Positions 56,064-64,000 of a DNA stretch of 64,000 nt are shown piece by piece (positions within the stretch are counted from its first letter, which is position 1; each line of letters begins with the position of its first letter). Source of the stretch: Myxococcota bacterium (GTDB taxonomy: Bacteria > Myxococcota > Myxococcia > Myxococcales > Myxococcaceae); NCBI GenBank assembly GCA_049322255.1, contig JBMORE010000022.1:124001-188000 (forward strand). The letters are read 5' to 3'. The notes below the pieces were generated by a model. It did not search any database. It had not been told where the DNA came from and saw only the letters and a list, made by a program, of their open reading frames with translations. The translations under genes and the position numbers were made by a program.

Positions 56064-57254
56064 GTGACGGAATTCACGTTCTGGTCAGCGGCATTCCTTC
56101 TCCTCTACACGTACTTCTTTTACCCACTGGGGCTGGTCTTGGCCGACGCCATGGCCCGGCTTTGGGCAAACGCCCGAAACGTGCGCGCGCTGCCCAACAT
56201 GAAGATGCAGCGCACGCCGCCACGGGAGGAGTGGCCGGCGGTCACAGTGGTGGTGGCCGCGCACAACGAGGCGCCGGTGATTCGTGAAAAAATCGCCAAC
56301 ACCCTCGCCCTCGACTACCCGAAAGACAAGCTGCAGCTCATCGTCGGCTCCGACGGCTCGACCGACGGCACCGACGAGTGGGTGCGCGCGGTCAAGGACG
56401 AGCGGGTGGTGCTCTCGAGCGCGCCGCGGGCGGGCAAGACCAGCGTGCTCAACCGCTGCGTGCCGCTGGCGACCGGGCAAATCATCGTCCTCACCGATGC
56501 AAACACCCTGCTCGATGCGCAGGCGGTGAAGCGGCTGGTGCGGCGCTTCGACGACCCAGAGGTGGGAGCGGTCTGCGGCCGGTTGGTGCTGCGCCACCCC
56601 GGCGACCCCGAGTACCGCGAGAGCGCCTACTGGGCCTACGAGTCGCTCCTCAAGCTCTACGAAGGAGCGCGGGGCGCGGTGATGGGAGCCAACGGCGGGC
56701 TATACGCCTTGCGCAAGTCGCTGTTCACCGCCCTGCCGCCGTCGACGATCGTCGACGACCTCGTCATTCCGCTGAAAGTCGTCGAGCGTGGGTGGCGCTT
56801 CGTCTACGAGCCCTTGGCGGTGGCCGCGGAAGAGACGGCAGCGAGCTACGACGAGGAGTTCGGACGCCGCGCCCGCATCGCGGCGGGAAACTTCCAGGCA
56901 GTGAAGCTTTTACGCGGGCTGTGGTGGCCGCCGCGAAGCTTCGCCGCCTTCGCCTTCCTCTCCCACAAGCTGATCCGATGGTCGGCTCCCTCCCTGCTGC
57001 TACAGGCGCTGGTGGCGAGCGCGCTGCTGGTGGCGCACCCGTTTTACCGTGTGGCGCTCCTTGGGCAGCTGTGCTTCTACGCGTTGGCGCTCGCCGGCCG
57101 CTTCACGGTGTTCCGCGGAGCCCTGCGCCGCGTCGCCTCGGTGGCGTACTACTTCGTGGCGATGAACTTGGCGATCGCCGTGGGCTTTTGGCGCTACCTG
57201 CGCAACAGCCAGCGGGCGGCGTGGGAGCGCACCGCGCGAGTGGTGGCCCGCTGA
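56064..57254 (+). CDS. Family 2 glycosyltransferase, membrane-bound
   Basis: AAHNEA, SDGSTDGT, GKTSVLN, TDAN, GANGGLYA, VDDLVIP, EFGRRARIAAG; C-terminal TM helices. Confidence 0.92.
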   Translation: MTEFTFWSAAFLLLYTYFFYPLGLVLADAMARLWANARNVRALPNMKMQRTPPREEWPAVTVVVAAHNEAPVIREKIANTLALDYPKDKLQLIVGSDGSTDGTDEWVRAVKDERVVLSSAPRAGKTSVLNRCVPLATGQIIVLTDANTLLDAQAVKRLVRRFDDPEVGAVCGRLVLRHPGDPEYRESAYWAYESLLKLYEGARGAVMGANGGLYALRKSLFTALPPSTIVDDLVIPLKVVERGWRFVYEPLAVAAEETAASYDEEFGRRARIAAGNFQAVKLLRGLWWPPRSFAAFAFLSHKLIRWSAPSLLLQALVASALLVAHPFYRVALLGQLCFYALALAGRFTVFRGALRRVASVAYYFVAMNLAIAVGFWRYLRNSQRAAWERTARVVAR

Positions 57255-57271
57255 TAGGGCGAAAACCGAAA

Positions 57272-58006
57272 TCAGCGCGAGGCGTGGCGCGGCCCGTCGG
57301 GCAGCACGGTGGCGTACGCGGCGAAGAGCTGCCCGGTGAGCACCGGGGCGTGGCCGGGGCCGGAGGCGCGCAGGTAGTCGTTGAGCTTGCGCCCGTTTTT
57401 AGGGTCGGTGTGGACGTCCTTGCGCGTCAGGTTCATTCGGTAGCGCACGACGCCACGGCTGACTCGGTGAATGACCAGCACCGTGCCGTCTTCGAGCACC
57501 GACTCCACCAGCCCGACGTGGGTCAGACCGTCGTTCGTGCGCCCATCGCGGTTGACGTCGTACGTCTCGCGGAAGAAGGCGAGGTCGCCCGCGACGGGAC
57601 GGCCTCCCGTGTAAACCCGTCCGCGGGCGGCGGCGAACCGGTAGATGGCTGTCACCCCGTTGTCGCCCGGGCGTGCGTGCGAGCTCAAGTCGAGGCCGAG
57701 CTGCTCGTAGACCCCGCGGACCAACCCCGTGCAGTCGTCAGGGTAGCGCCGGCCCGAGAGCTCCACGTTCGGCTGACCGACGAGGCGGCGGGCGAGCTCC
57801 ACCGCGAGGTCTCGCCCTCCCCGGGGAGCTCGAGCGATGACGGCTGCACCCTCGTGGGCCGGGGGCACGGGGCGGGGCAGGGCGGCGGGAGCGAACGGCT
57901 GGTGCCGGCCTGTGCGAAAACCTGCATGTCCGCCGAGTGGGGCGCCCGTGGCGCACGCGGTGACGGCGAGGACGAGGAGCGGGGCGGCAGCAGCGAGGCG
58001 TCCCAT
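57272..58006 (-). CDS. CHAP/NlpC-P60-type cell-wall hydrolase lipoprotein
   Basis: Lipobox VTA-C; DDCTGLV catalytic Cys, GDLAFF, LTHVGLV His. Confidence 0.82.
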   Translation of the reverse strand: MGRLAAAAPLLVLAVTACATGAPLGGHAGFRTGRHQPFAPAALPRPVPPAHEGAAVIARAPRGGRDLAVELARRLVGQPNVELSGRRYPDDCTGLVRGVYEQLGLDLSSHARPGDNGVTAIYRFAAARGRVYTGGRPVAGDLAFFRETYDVNRDGRTNDGLTHVGLVESVLEDGTVLVIHRVSRGVVRYRMNLTRKDVHTDPKNGRKLNDYLRASGPGHAPVLTGQLFAAYATVLPDGPRHASR

Positions 58007-58065
58007 GGCGGAATGGTGAGGGAACCGGCGGGCAAGGTCAAAATCCCGGCGCTGCGCATGGTACG

Positions 58066-59754
58066 GTGCCCAGCTTCGTGCGTTACGTCTTCTTCCTGTT
58101 CGTGCTCGTGTCAACCACCCTGGGGTGCCGGGCGAGCGGCTACCGCGCGGCGATGCAGGAAGATTCCGCCGAAGGTTACCGTCGTTTCCTGCGCGCTCAC
58201 CCCGACGACGACGACGCGCCTTCCGCCCAAGCCCGGCTGGCGGAGCTGGAGTTCGAAGCGGCCGCGAAAGTGCACACCGTGGTGGCCTACAAGCGCTTTC
58301 TCGAGGAATTCCCCGAAGCCACCGAGGCGAGAGCGGCGCGTGCGCGTCTCGAAGGTCTGCGTTTCAACACGGCGAAGGAGACGGGTACGGCGCAGGCGCT
58401 GCGCCAGTTCATCAGCGATCACCCGGACGGCGCCCATCGACAAGAGGCCGACCGCCTGCTGGCCGAGGCGGAGCTGGGGGAGGTGTCCCGCATCGACGAC
58501 CCTGCGCGGCTGGCGCGCATCGCCGCAGAGCTCAAGGACGATCCTCGTTCGCGCGAAGCGGCTGATCGGCTCGATGCACAGACATTCGCGGCGGCGAAGA
58601 CGGCAGGCGCGGCCAAGCTGCTTGCGTACCTGCGCGACTTTCCCGCAGGGGGGCACCGGCAGGAGGCGATGGCGCTTTTGCACGGTTTGCGCCTTGAGGG
58701 GCTCCTTTTCTCCGGGCTCTTGGACGAGGCACGCGCCGAGGCCGCCCAATCGCCGCTGTCTGCGCGCGTGGTGGGCCTGGAGGCCCTTTTCCAGCACGCC
58801 GAGGCGGCGCAGAGGTTGGGGCAGGCGAACGAGCCCCTCGCCCGGTCCGCCCAGGCGCCGCACTACCTGCGCGCGCTCGTCGATTTGGAGAAGGCGTTGC
58901 AAGCGCCCGACCCGCTCGATCGGTGGCAGGCGGCGGAGGAGCTGGGGCAACACGTCACCCTCCGTGCCGTCGACCCGCTGCTCGACGCTTTTCGCCGCGC
59001 CCCCAACCCGCTGGTGCGCCAGCGCGCTTTCGAGTCGCTCGGCTCGGTCTTACGTGCTCTGCCGCGGGGAGTGGCCGACTACGAGGTCGCCGTTCGACTC
59101 GACGCGTTGCACGCCAACGCCGGCGACGTCGAGGTGCACCTGGCGATCGCGGCGCTGCTCGATCTCTCCGGGCAGCTCGAGGTAGCGGCGGCCGAGTACC
59201 AGAAGGCCTTCGATCGCAGCGCTCCCGATCCGGTGATTTTGCGGCGCTGGGCGCAGATTCGCCGCGAGCGTCGCCAGTTCTTCTCCGCCGCGGTGGCGGC
59301 CCGGCAGCTCGCCTCGTGGGCGCAAGAAGTGGCGCAGGCGCAAACACCGTCGTCGCCTGCCACGGCTTTGCTACCGGCGCGGCAGCTGTGTGCAGCGGTG
59401 AACGCCACTCGCTACGCGCTGGAGGTGATCGCCGAGGCGCGCGCGCAACAGACAGAGTTCCCCGAAGACCTCGCCGCCTTCGAGGCCCGTGCACGCGATG
59501 CCCAAAAGCTCGCCCAGGCCCGCCTTGCAGACGCCGAGCTGCTCTTGCGTACCGCCGACCGGCACGCCCGTGCCTGTGACGACCGCCAGGTCAGCGAACG
59601 CATCGCCGAGGGAGAGAAGGCCCGCGCCGAGGCACTGCGGGCAGCAAGAAAGAAGCTCCCCAAGTTGGCACCCGCGCTCATCGAGCTGGCCTCGCAGCGC
59701 GACCCCTCACCCGCCATTCGGATGCTGGCGACGAGCCTGCTCCCTCTCCCATAG
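58066..59754 (+). CDS. HEAT/TPR-like repeat lipoprotein
   Basis: Lipobox TLG-C; four Y..FL..[HF]P....A...L repeats; HEAT-like DPLDRWQAAEELG. Confidence 0.82.
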   Translation: MPSFVRYVFFLFVLVSTTLGCRASGYRAAMQEDSAEGYRRFLRAHPDDDDAPSAQARLAELEFEAAAKVHTVVAYKRFLEEFPEATEARAARARLEGLRFNTAKETGTAQALRQFISDHPDGAHRQEADRLLAEAELGEVSRIDDPARLARIAAELKDDPRSREAADRLDAQTFAAAKTAGAAKLLAYLRDFPAGGHRQEAMALLHGLRLEGLLFSGLLDEARAEAAQSPLSARVVGLEALFQHAEAAQRLGQANEPLARSAQAPHYLRALVDLEKALQAPDPLDRWQAAEELGQHVTLRAVDPLLDAFRRAPNPLVRQRAFESLGSVLRALPRGVADYEVAVRLDALHANAGDVEVHLAIAALLDLSGQLEVAAAEYQKAFDRSAPDPVILRRWAQIRRERRQFFSAAVAARQLASWAQEVAQAQTPSSPATALLPARQLCAAVNATRYALEVIAEARAQQTEFPEDLAAFEARARDAQKLAQARLADAELLLRTADRHARACDDRQVSERIAEGEKARAEALRAARKKLPKLAPALIELASQRDPSPAIRMLATSLLPLP

Positions 59755-59762
59755 GAGGAAGG
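59742..59762. repeat. Degenerate REP-like hairpin at a convergent gene junction
   Basis: CCCTCTCCC-ata-GGAGGAAGG overlapping the TAG of the upstream gene. Confidence 0.4.
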
Positions 59763-59763
59763 T

Positions 59764-61083
59764 CTAGCCGAAGAACAAGCGGCAGACGAGGGTGGCGCCG
59801 ACGATACCGGCGAGGTCCGCGGCCAGGCAGGCGACCACCGTATGGCGGGTCGCGCGCACCTGCACGCTGCCACAGTAGACGGCCAGCACGTAGAAGGTCG
59901 TCTCCATGCTCCCGTTGAGGACGGACACCAGGTAGCCCACGAACGAGTCGGGCCCTTCGTTGCGCATCGTCTCGGTCATCACCGCAAGCGCGCCACTGCC
60001 CGACAGAGGGCGGATGAGCGCCATCGGCAGCGCCCGTGCGGGGAAGCCCACTGCCTCGGTGAAGGGGCCGATCGCCGCGACGAAGGCCTCCATCGCTCCC
60101 GAGGCGCGGAGCATGCCGATCGCCACCAGGATCGCCACGAGGAAAGGGATGATCACCACCGCGATCTGAAAGCCCTCTTTCGCCGAGGAGACGAAGACCT
60201 CGTACACCTTGACGTGGCGGCCCATGCCGAAGAGGACGATCGCCACCATCAAGAGCGGCAAGAGCCAGTCGGAGAGGAGCTGCCGGGCGAGCTCGAGCCG
60301 CGCGGTCTCCACCCGAGCATGGGTGAACTGACGCACCAGCGCGAACGCGATCGCCGCGCCTACCAAGAGGGCGATGCCCATGCGCACCGGGCTGGTGGGC
60401 GGCCGCAGCGCAGCGACCTCTTCGGCCTGCTCGATGCCGGCGATGCTCTTGGCGGGCTCCTTCGCCGGTTCGGGCTTGGCGGCTTCCGCGTGCTTCTGTG
60501 GCGCAAAGAGCGGTAGCCGCTCGGTGAGCTTGGCCACCACGATCGCCACCACGGTCGAGAGGGAGGTCGCGAGCAAGGAGGGGACGAGAATGCCCGCCGG
60601 ATCCTTCGAGCCCAAGGTGGCGCGCACCGCCACTGCGCCCAAGGCGAGCACCGCCACGCCCGAGGTGTTGATCGCCAAAAAAAGCGCCATCGCGTTGGTG
60701 GCGACACCGCGGTGCGGGTTGAGCTTGTCGAGCTCGTTCATCGCCTTGAGCCCGAAGGGCGTGGCGGCGTTCCCCAACCCCAGCATGTTGGCGGCGAGGT
60801 TCATGATCATCGCCCCCATCGCCGGGTGCTCGGGGGGCACGTCGGGGAAGAGGCGGGTCATCACCGGCTTGAGCGCGCGGGCGATCGAGCGCATCAACCC
60901 TGCTTCGCGCAACACGCCCATGAACCCCAGCCACAGCGCCATCTGTCCGATGAGCTTGATGGCCAACGTCACCGCCGAGTCTGCCGATTCGATGGTCGCC
61001 TTGGTCACTTGGGGCATCGTCCCGTTGAAGGCAGCGGTGACGACCGAGACGGCGATGAGCCCTAAAAAGATCCAGTTGAGCAC
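59764..61083 (-). CDS. spmA: Fused spore maturation protein SpmA/SpmB (nucleoside-recognition gate domain)
   Basis: MALWLG, LFPDVPPEHPAMGAMIMNLAANMLGLGNAATPFGLKAM (SpmA) plus VYEVFV..AKEGF, RPLSGSGA, GSMETTFYVLAVY (SpmB). Confidence 0.92.
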   Translation of the reverse strand: MLNWIFLGLIAVSVVTAAFNGTMPQVTKATIESADSAVTLAIKLIGQMALWLGFMGVLREAGLMRSIARALKPVMTRLFPDVPPEHPAMGAMIMNLAANMLGLGNAATPFGLKAMNELDKLNPHRGVATNAMALFLAINTSGVAVLALGAVAVRATLGSKDPAGILVPSLLATSLSTVVAIVVAKLTERLPLFAPQKHAEAAKPEPAKEPAKSIAGIEQAEEVAALRPPTSPVRMGIALLVGAAIAFALVRQFTHARVETARLELARQLLSDWLLPLLMVAIVLFGMGRHVKVYEVFVSSAKEGFQIAVVIIPFLVAILVAIGMLRASGAMEAFVAAIGPFTEAVGFPARALPMALIRPLSGSGALAVMTETMRNEGPDSFVGYLVSVLNGSMETTFYVLAVYCGSVQVRATRHTVVACLAADLAGIVGATLVCRLFFG

Positions 61084-61127
61084 CCGCCGATGAAAGCCGC
61101 GCGCTTGCCCGGGCACAAGAAATCAGC

Positions 61128-61160
61128 ACAGCGCCCCCTGGGAGAGGGTAGGGGTGAGGG
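61128..61160 (+). repeat. REP-like repeat, copy E (left arm degenerate)
   Basis: ...CCC-cct-GGGAGAGGG-tag-GGGTGAGGG between the AI-2E and spmAB genes. Confidence 0.7.
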
Positions 61161-61168
61161 GCGGCAGC

Positions 61169-62242
61169 TTAGACCTCCGCCCGCCGAAAGAAGCGTGTCT
61201 GCCGGTAGCCGTCGAGGGCCGCCTGAGCCGCTACCTTGAGCAGCGCGGCGATGGGCACCGACAGGAGCAGCCCCATGAACCCGAAGAGCTGGGCGCCCAC
61301 CGCGAGGGCCACGATGACGGTGAGGGGCGACAGCCGCGCGCGCGAGCCGACGATCCACGGAGAGATGAAGACGCCCTGGATGGTCTGGATGAGGAGGAAG
61401 GCCGCCGCCACCCACAGGGCATCGACGGGATGGCCTCCGGCGAGGGCCAGCAACATGCCCAGTGTCAGTGCAATGGCGTTGCCCAGATAGGGAATGAGCT
61501 CGCCGATCCCCGCCAGAAGGCCAATCACGATCGCCAGGGGAATGCCGATGATGGAAAAGGCGATGGAGTACATCGTGGCCAGGATGGCGGCGACCAACAG
61601 CTGCCCGCGCACGAAGCCGGAGAGCACACGGTCAAGGTCCTCGCCCCGACGGAGGAAGCGTTCGCGCCACCGCACCGGGACGAGCTGCTGAATCGAGCCT
61701 GTCACCCGGTGGTAGCCCTTGAGCATCAGGAACGAAAAGATGGGCACGAAGAGAATGGTGCTGGCGACGGCGGCGACGCCCGAGCCGGCCTGCGCCGCCC
61801 AGCGGGCGAGGGTTTCACCCGTGGGCGCGGCCTTGCGAACACTGCCAGCCACGGCACTGGCCAGCCGGTCGAGCCAGCGCGCAGCCTCAGGTGAAAGCCA
61901 GCCATGAAAGCGCTCCCAGAGCGAGCCCACCTGTCTTCGCAGCTCGTCGAACGTCTGGCCGGCTCCCTGGAGCTGAGTGACGACCGCCGGCGCTACCAGC
62001 CCGATGACCAGCACCAACAGGACGGTTCCCAGGAGCCCGACGCACAGCACCGCCAGCACCCGTGGGACACGCCGGTCGAGTCGGTCGACCAGCGGCAGGA
62101 GTGCGTACGAGAGCAACCCCGAGAGGAGCAACACGGCCACGGTGTGTGGGAAGGCGACGTACAAAAGAGCGAGGAAAAGCATCGTCGCGGTGATGGTCCC
62201 CGCGAAGGCGAAATCCGCCCGCCGTGCGTCCCGAGCCTCCAC
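61169..62242 (-). CDS. AI-2E family transporter
   Basis: LSYALLPLVD, LSGFVRGQL, ELIPYLG, ISPWIVG...LSP, FGFMGLLLSVP. Confidence 0.9.
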   Translation of the reverse strand: MEARDARRADFAFAGTITATMLFLALLYVAFPHTVAVLLLSGLLSYALLPLVDRLDRRVPRVLAVLCVGLLGTVLLVLVIGLVAPAVVTQLQGAGQTFDELRRQVGSLWERFHGWLSPEAARWLDRLASAVAGSVRKAAPTGETLARWAAQAGSGVAAVASTILFVPIFSFLMLKGYHRVTGSIQQLVPVRWRERFLRRGEDLDRVLSGFVRGQLLVAAILATMYSIAFSIIGIPLAIVIGLLAGIGELIPYLGNAIALTLGMLLALAGGHPVDALWVAAAFLLIQTIQGVFISPWIVGSRARLSPLTVIVALAVGAQLFGFMGLLLSVPIAALLKVAAQAALDGYRQTRFFRRAEV

Positions 62243-62307
62243 GCCGCAAACATGGTGAGCGGCCGGGCGGCCGTCAGCGATCCCGCGTCTGATTGCTTGA
62301 TCGTCCG

Positions 62308-63255
62308 TCAGTCTGCCGAGAGGAGCCTCTCCGCCTCGGCTGCGAATCGGCCGCGCGGAAAGCGCTCCCGATAGCGACGCAGGTCCGCCTGGGCGCCAGG
62401 GACGTCGTCTCGCCGCGCGCGGGCGGAGGCGCGGCCGAACAAGGCACGCTCTTCCACCACGAGAGAGCGAGGGCCCGCGAGGAGCTCGTCGAACACCCGC
62501 TCGGCGTCGCGCGCTCGCCCCGCCTGAAGCAGGAGCTCTCCGTGCAGGGCCCGTGTTTCAGCGCCACGAGGCATGCGCTCGAAGTCCGCCCCGCTCAAAG
62601 GTTCGAGCTCGGCGAGCGCATCGGTTGGCCGCCGGAGCGCGATGAGCGCTTGCAGCCGACGGAGCCGCGCTTCATCGGTGAGCTGTCCCCCCGGGAAGCG
62701 CTGGCGGTGCAGGTCGAGGGTCGCCAGCGCTCCCTGGGCGTCGTGCTCGAGCAGCTGCGAGATGGCCTTGCCCAAGAGCGCGGCCTCGGTCGTCAGGCTG
62801 CCATCGTCGCCGGCCGAAGTGTTCTGGGCCGGCGGCGGCTTTTCGGCGCGCCGGGCCGGCGTACCTTTGGCCACTCGCACCGGCGGGCGCGTGGGAGTTT
62901 CAGCGGCGGCCGCGGGCATCGTCAGATCCATCGCCTCGAAGTCGAGCGTGGGGGAAATCGACGGCGGCGAAGCTGCCTCCTCGATGACCACTTTCGCCGT
63001 CTCTTCGACTGCCCCTCCGGGCTGATGCAGCGCCACCAGTTCATAGAGCGCGGCGAAGGCCAGCGGTGCGCCCAAGAAAGCGCCCGTGCCGAGAACGAGC
63101 TTGAGCCAGCGGGGCAGGCGACGCTCTTGCGACAGGCGCGCGCGCAGGCGGTGCTCGATGCGTTCCACCTGTTCGTTGGTCAGCGGCGCGGGGGTAGGCA
63201 GGGCGCGAAAGACTGCTTCGGCGTGTGGATCTTCCCAGCTTTTGGGGACGCTCAT
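62308..63255 (-). CDS. Putative anti-sigma factor: single TM plus C-terminal TPR-like domain
   Basis: ATGA overlap with the ECF sigma stop; TM helix, Pro-rich linker, RFPGGQLTDEA and RFPRGRFAAEA repeats. Confidence 0.75.
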   Translation of the reverse strand: MSVPKSWEDPHAEAVFRALPTPAPLTNEQVERIEHRLRARLSQERRLPRWLKLVLGTGAFLGAPLAFAALYELVALHQPGGAVEETAKVVIEEAASPPSISPTLDFEAMDLTMPAAAAETPTRPPVRVAKGTPARRAEKPPPAQNTSAGDDGSLTTEAALLGKAISQLLEHDAQGALATLDLHRQRFPGGQLTDEARLRRLQALIALRRPTDALAELEPLSGADFERMPRGAETRALHGELLLQAGRARDAERVFDELLAGPRSLVVEERALFGRASARARRDDVPGAQADLRRYRERFPRGRFAAEAERLLSAD

Positions 63256-63836
63256 CTGCCGCCCTCCTTCCCCTCCAGCGCGGCGAGGCGCTTGGAAAAG
63301 TCGCTGCGGGCCCGGTGCAGCCACACCCACACCGTGGCCACCCGCGCTCCGGTCAGCTCGGCGATCTTTTCGCCGCTCATTCCCTCCAGCTCGAAGAGAA
63401 CGAGCACCGTGCGGTACTTGTCCTTCATCTGATCGAGCACCCGCCAGACCCGTTCCGAGTCTTGGCGCGCCTCCACCGCCGCCGAGGGAGTCGGAGCGTC
63501 GCTCTCGAGGGCGCCGCCCACTTCCTCCGAGGTTCCCCCGAGCCAATGGCGCCAGCGCTCTTTACGGCGCCGGTGACGCACCACGTTGTCGGTGATGCGA
63601 TAGAGCCAGGTGCTCACCGCCGCGTCGCCGCGAAACCCGCCCAGCTTGCGGTGCACCGCGAGAAAAACTTCCTGCACGACATCCTCCACGTCGATCGCCG
63701 GCCCGCCCAACCGCCTCGCCCAGCGCGCCACCAACTGCACGTGCGCGCGGTACACTTCCTCCACCGTGAGCGGCGCGCTCTTTTGCACCTCGCCCATCAA
63801 GGGCTTTCTTGCCACGGCTTGAAGCAAGGGACGCAT
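63252..63836 (-). CDS. ECF-type RNA polymerase sigma factor
   Basis: DVEDVVQEVFL, FRGDAAVSTWLYRIT, LFELEGMSGEKIAE...TVWVWLHRAR. Start is ATG 63836 or ATG 63797. Confidence 0.92.
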   Translation of the reverse strand: MRPLLQAVARKPLMGEVQKSAPLTVEEVYRAHVQLVARWARRLGGPAIDVEDVVQEVFLAVHRKLGGFRGDAAVSTWLYRITDNVVRHRRRKERWRHWLGGTSEEVGGALESDAPTPSAAVEARQDSERVWRVLDQMKDKYRTVLVLFELEGMSGEKIAELTGARVATVWVWLHRARSDFSKRLAALEGKEGGR

Positions 63837-64000
63837 GGATGGTGACTGAAGGCAGGAAGACCTTTCACTTCGTTCCAAAGCTCCAGCCTGCCGCCAACAG
63901 GAGCTCGAATTGCGGGAGGTTGGCACGTTCTGGGCCGGCAGCCGCCGCCCGGGGGAAGAACCAACCGGTGGCATAAGCACCTACCCAGGGCCCGGTCTGG

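Noticed and set aside
56378..59185. 935-aa plus-strand ORF
   Set aside because: Out-of-frame overlap across three recognisable genes; no motifs.
63840..63880. Autoregulatory ECF promoter (GGAAC or TGAAAG ... GTCA on the minus strand)
   Set aside because: Spacing is ambiguous and the ECF group consensus is unknown, so it cannot be supported from sequence alone.

Overview
High-GC, gene-dense bacterial chromosome segment that looks myxobacterial (Myxococcota), judged from gene content. The centrepiece is a complete eight-gene Glt/Nfs-type envelope cluster (14396-25872). Its single-block A-H order and the sigma-32-family gene nearby fit the sporulation paralogue nfsA-H better than the gliding clusters. 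It carries three extra genes: a 77-Cys lipoprotein and a MIDAS-VWA lipoprotein directly upstream, and a small PilP/GspC-like secreted protein between nfsC and nfsD. Other content: a sigma-32-family sigma factor with a near-consensus sigma-54 promoter, a nucleotidyltransferase-fold gene with a palindromic operator next to an M23 peptidase remnant, a MoxR-DUF58-transglutaminase operon, a stand-alone rplC, housekeeping genes (typA, rsmD, coaD, an aminotransferase, greA, recG, thrC, tmk, hutH, lysC), a 1125-aa internally duplicated beta-rich orphan, tandem FHA proteins, a fused SpmA/SpmB gene and an ECF sigma/anti-sigma pair. A 33-bp REP-like palindromic repeat occurs at six loci. No rRNA, tRNA, CRISPR array, integrase or transposase was seen. 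All family calls come from motif recognition by eye, not database searches. Start codons were adjusted by hand and may be off by a few codons.
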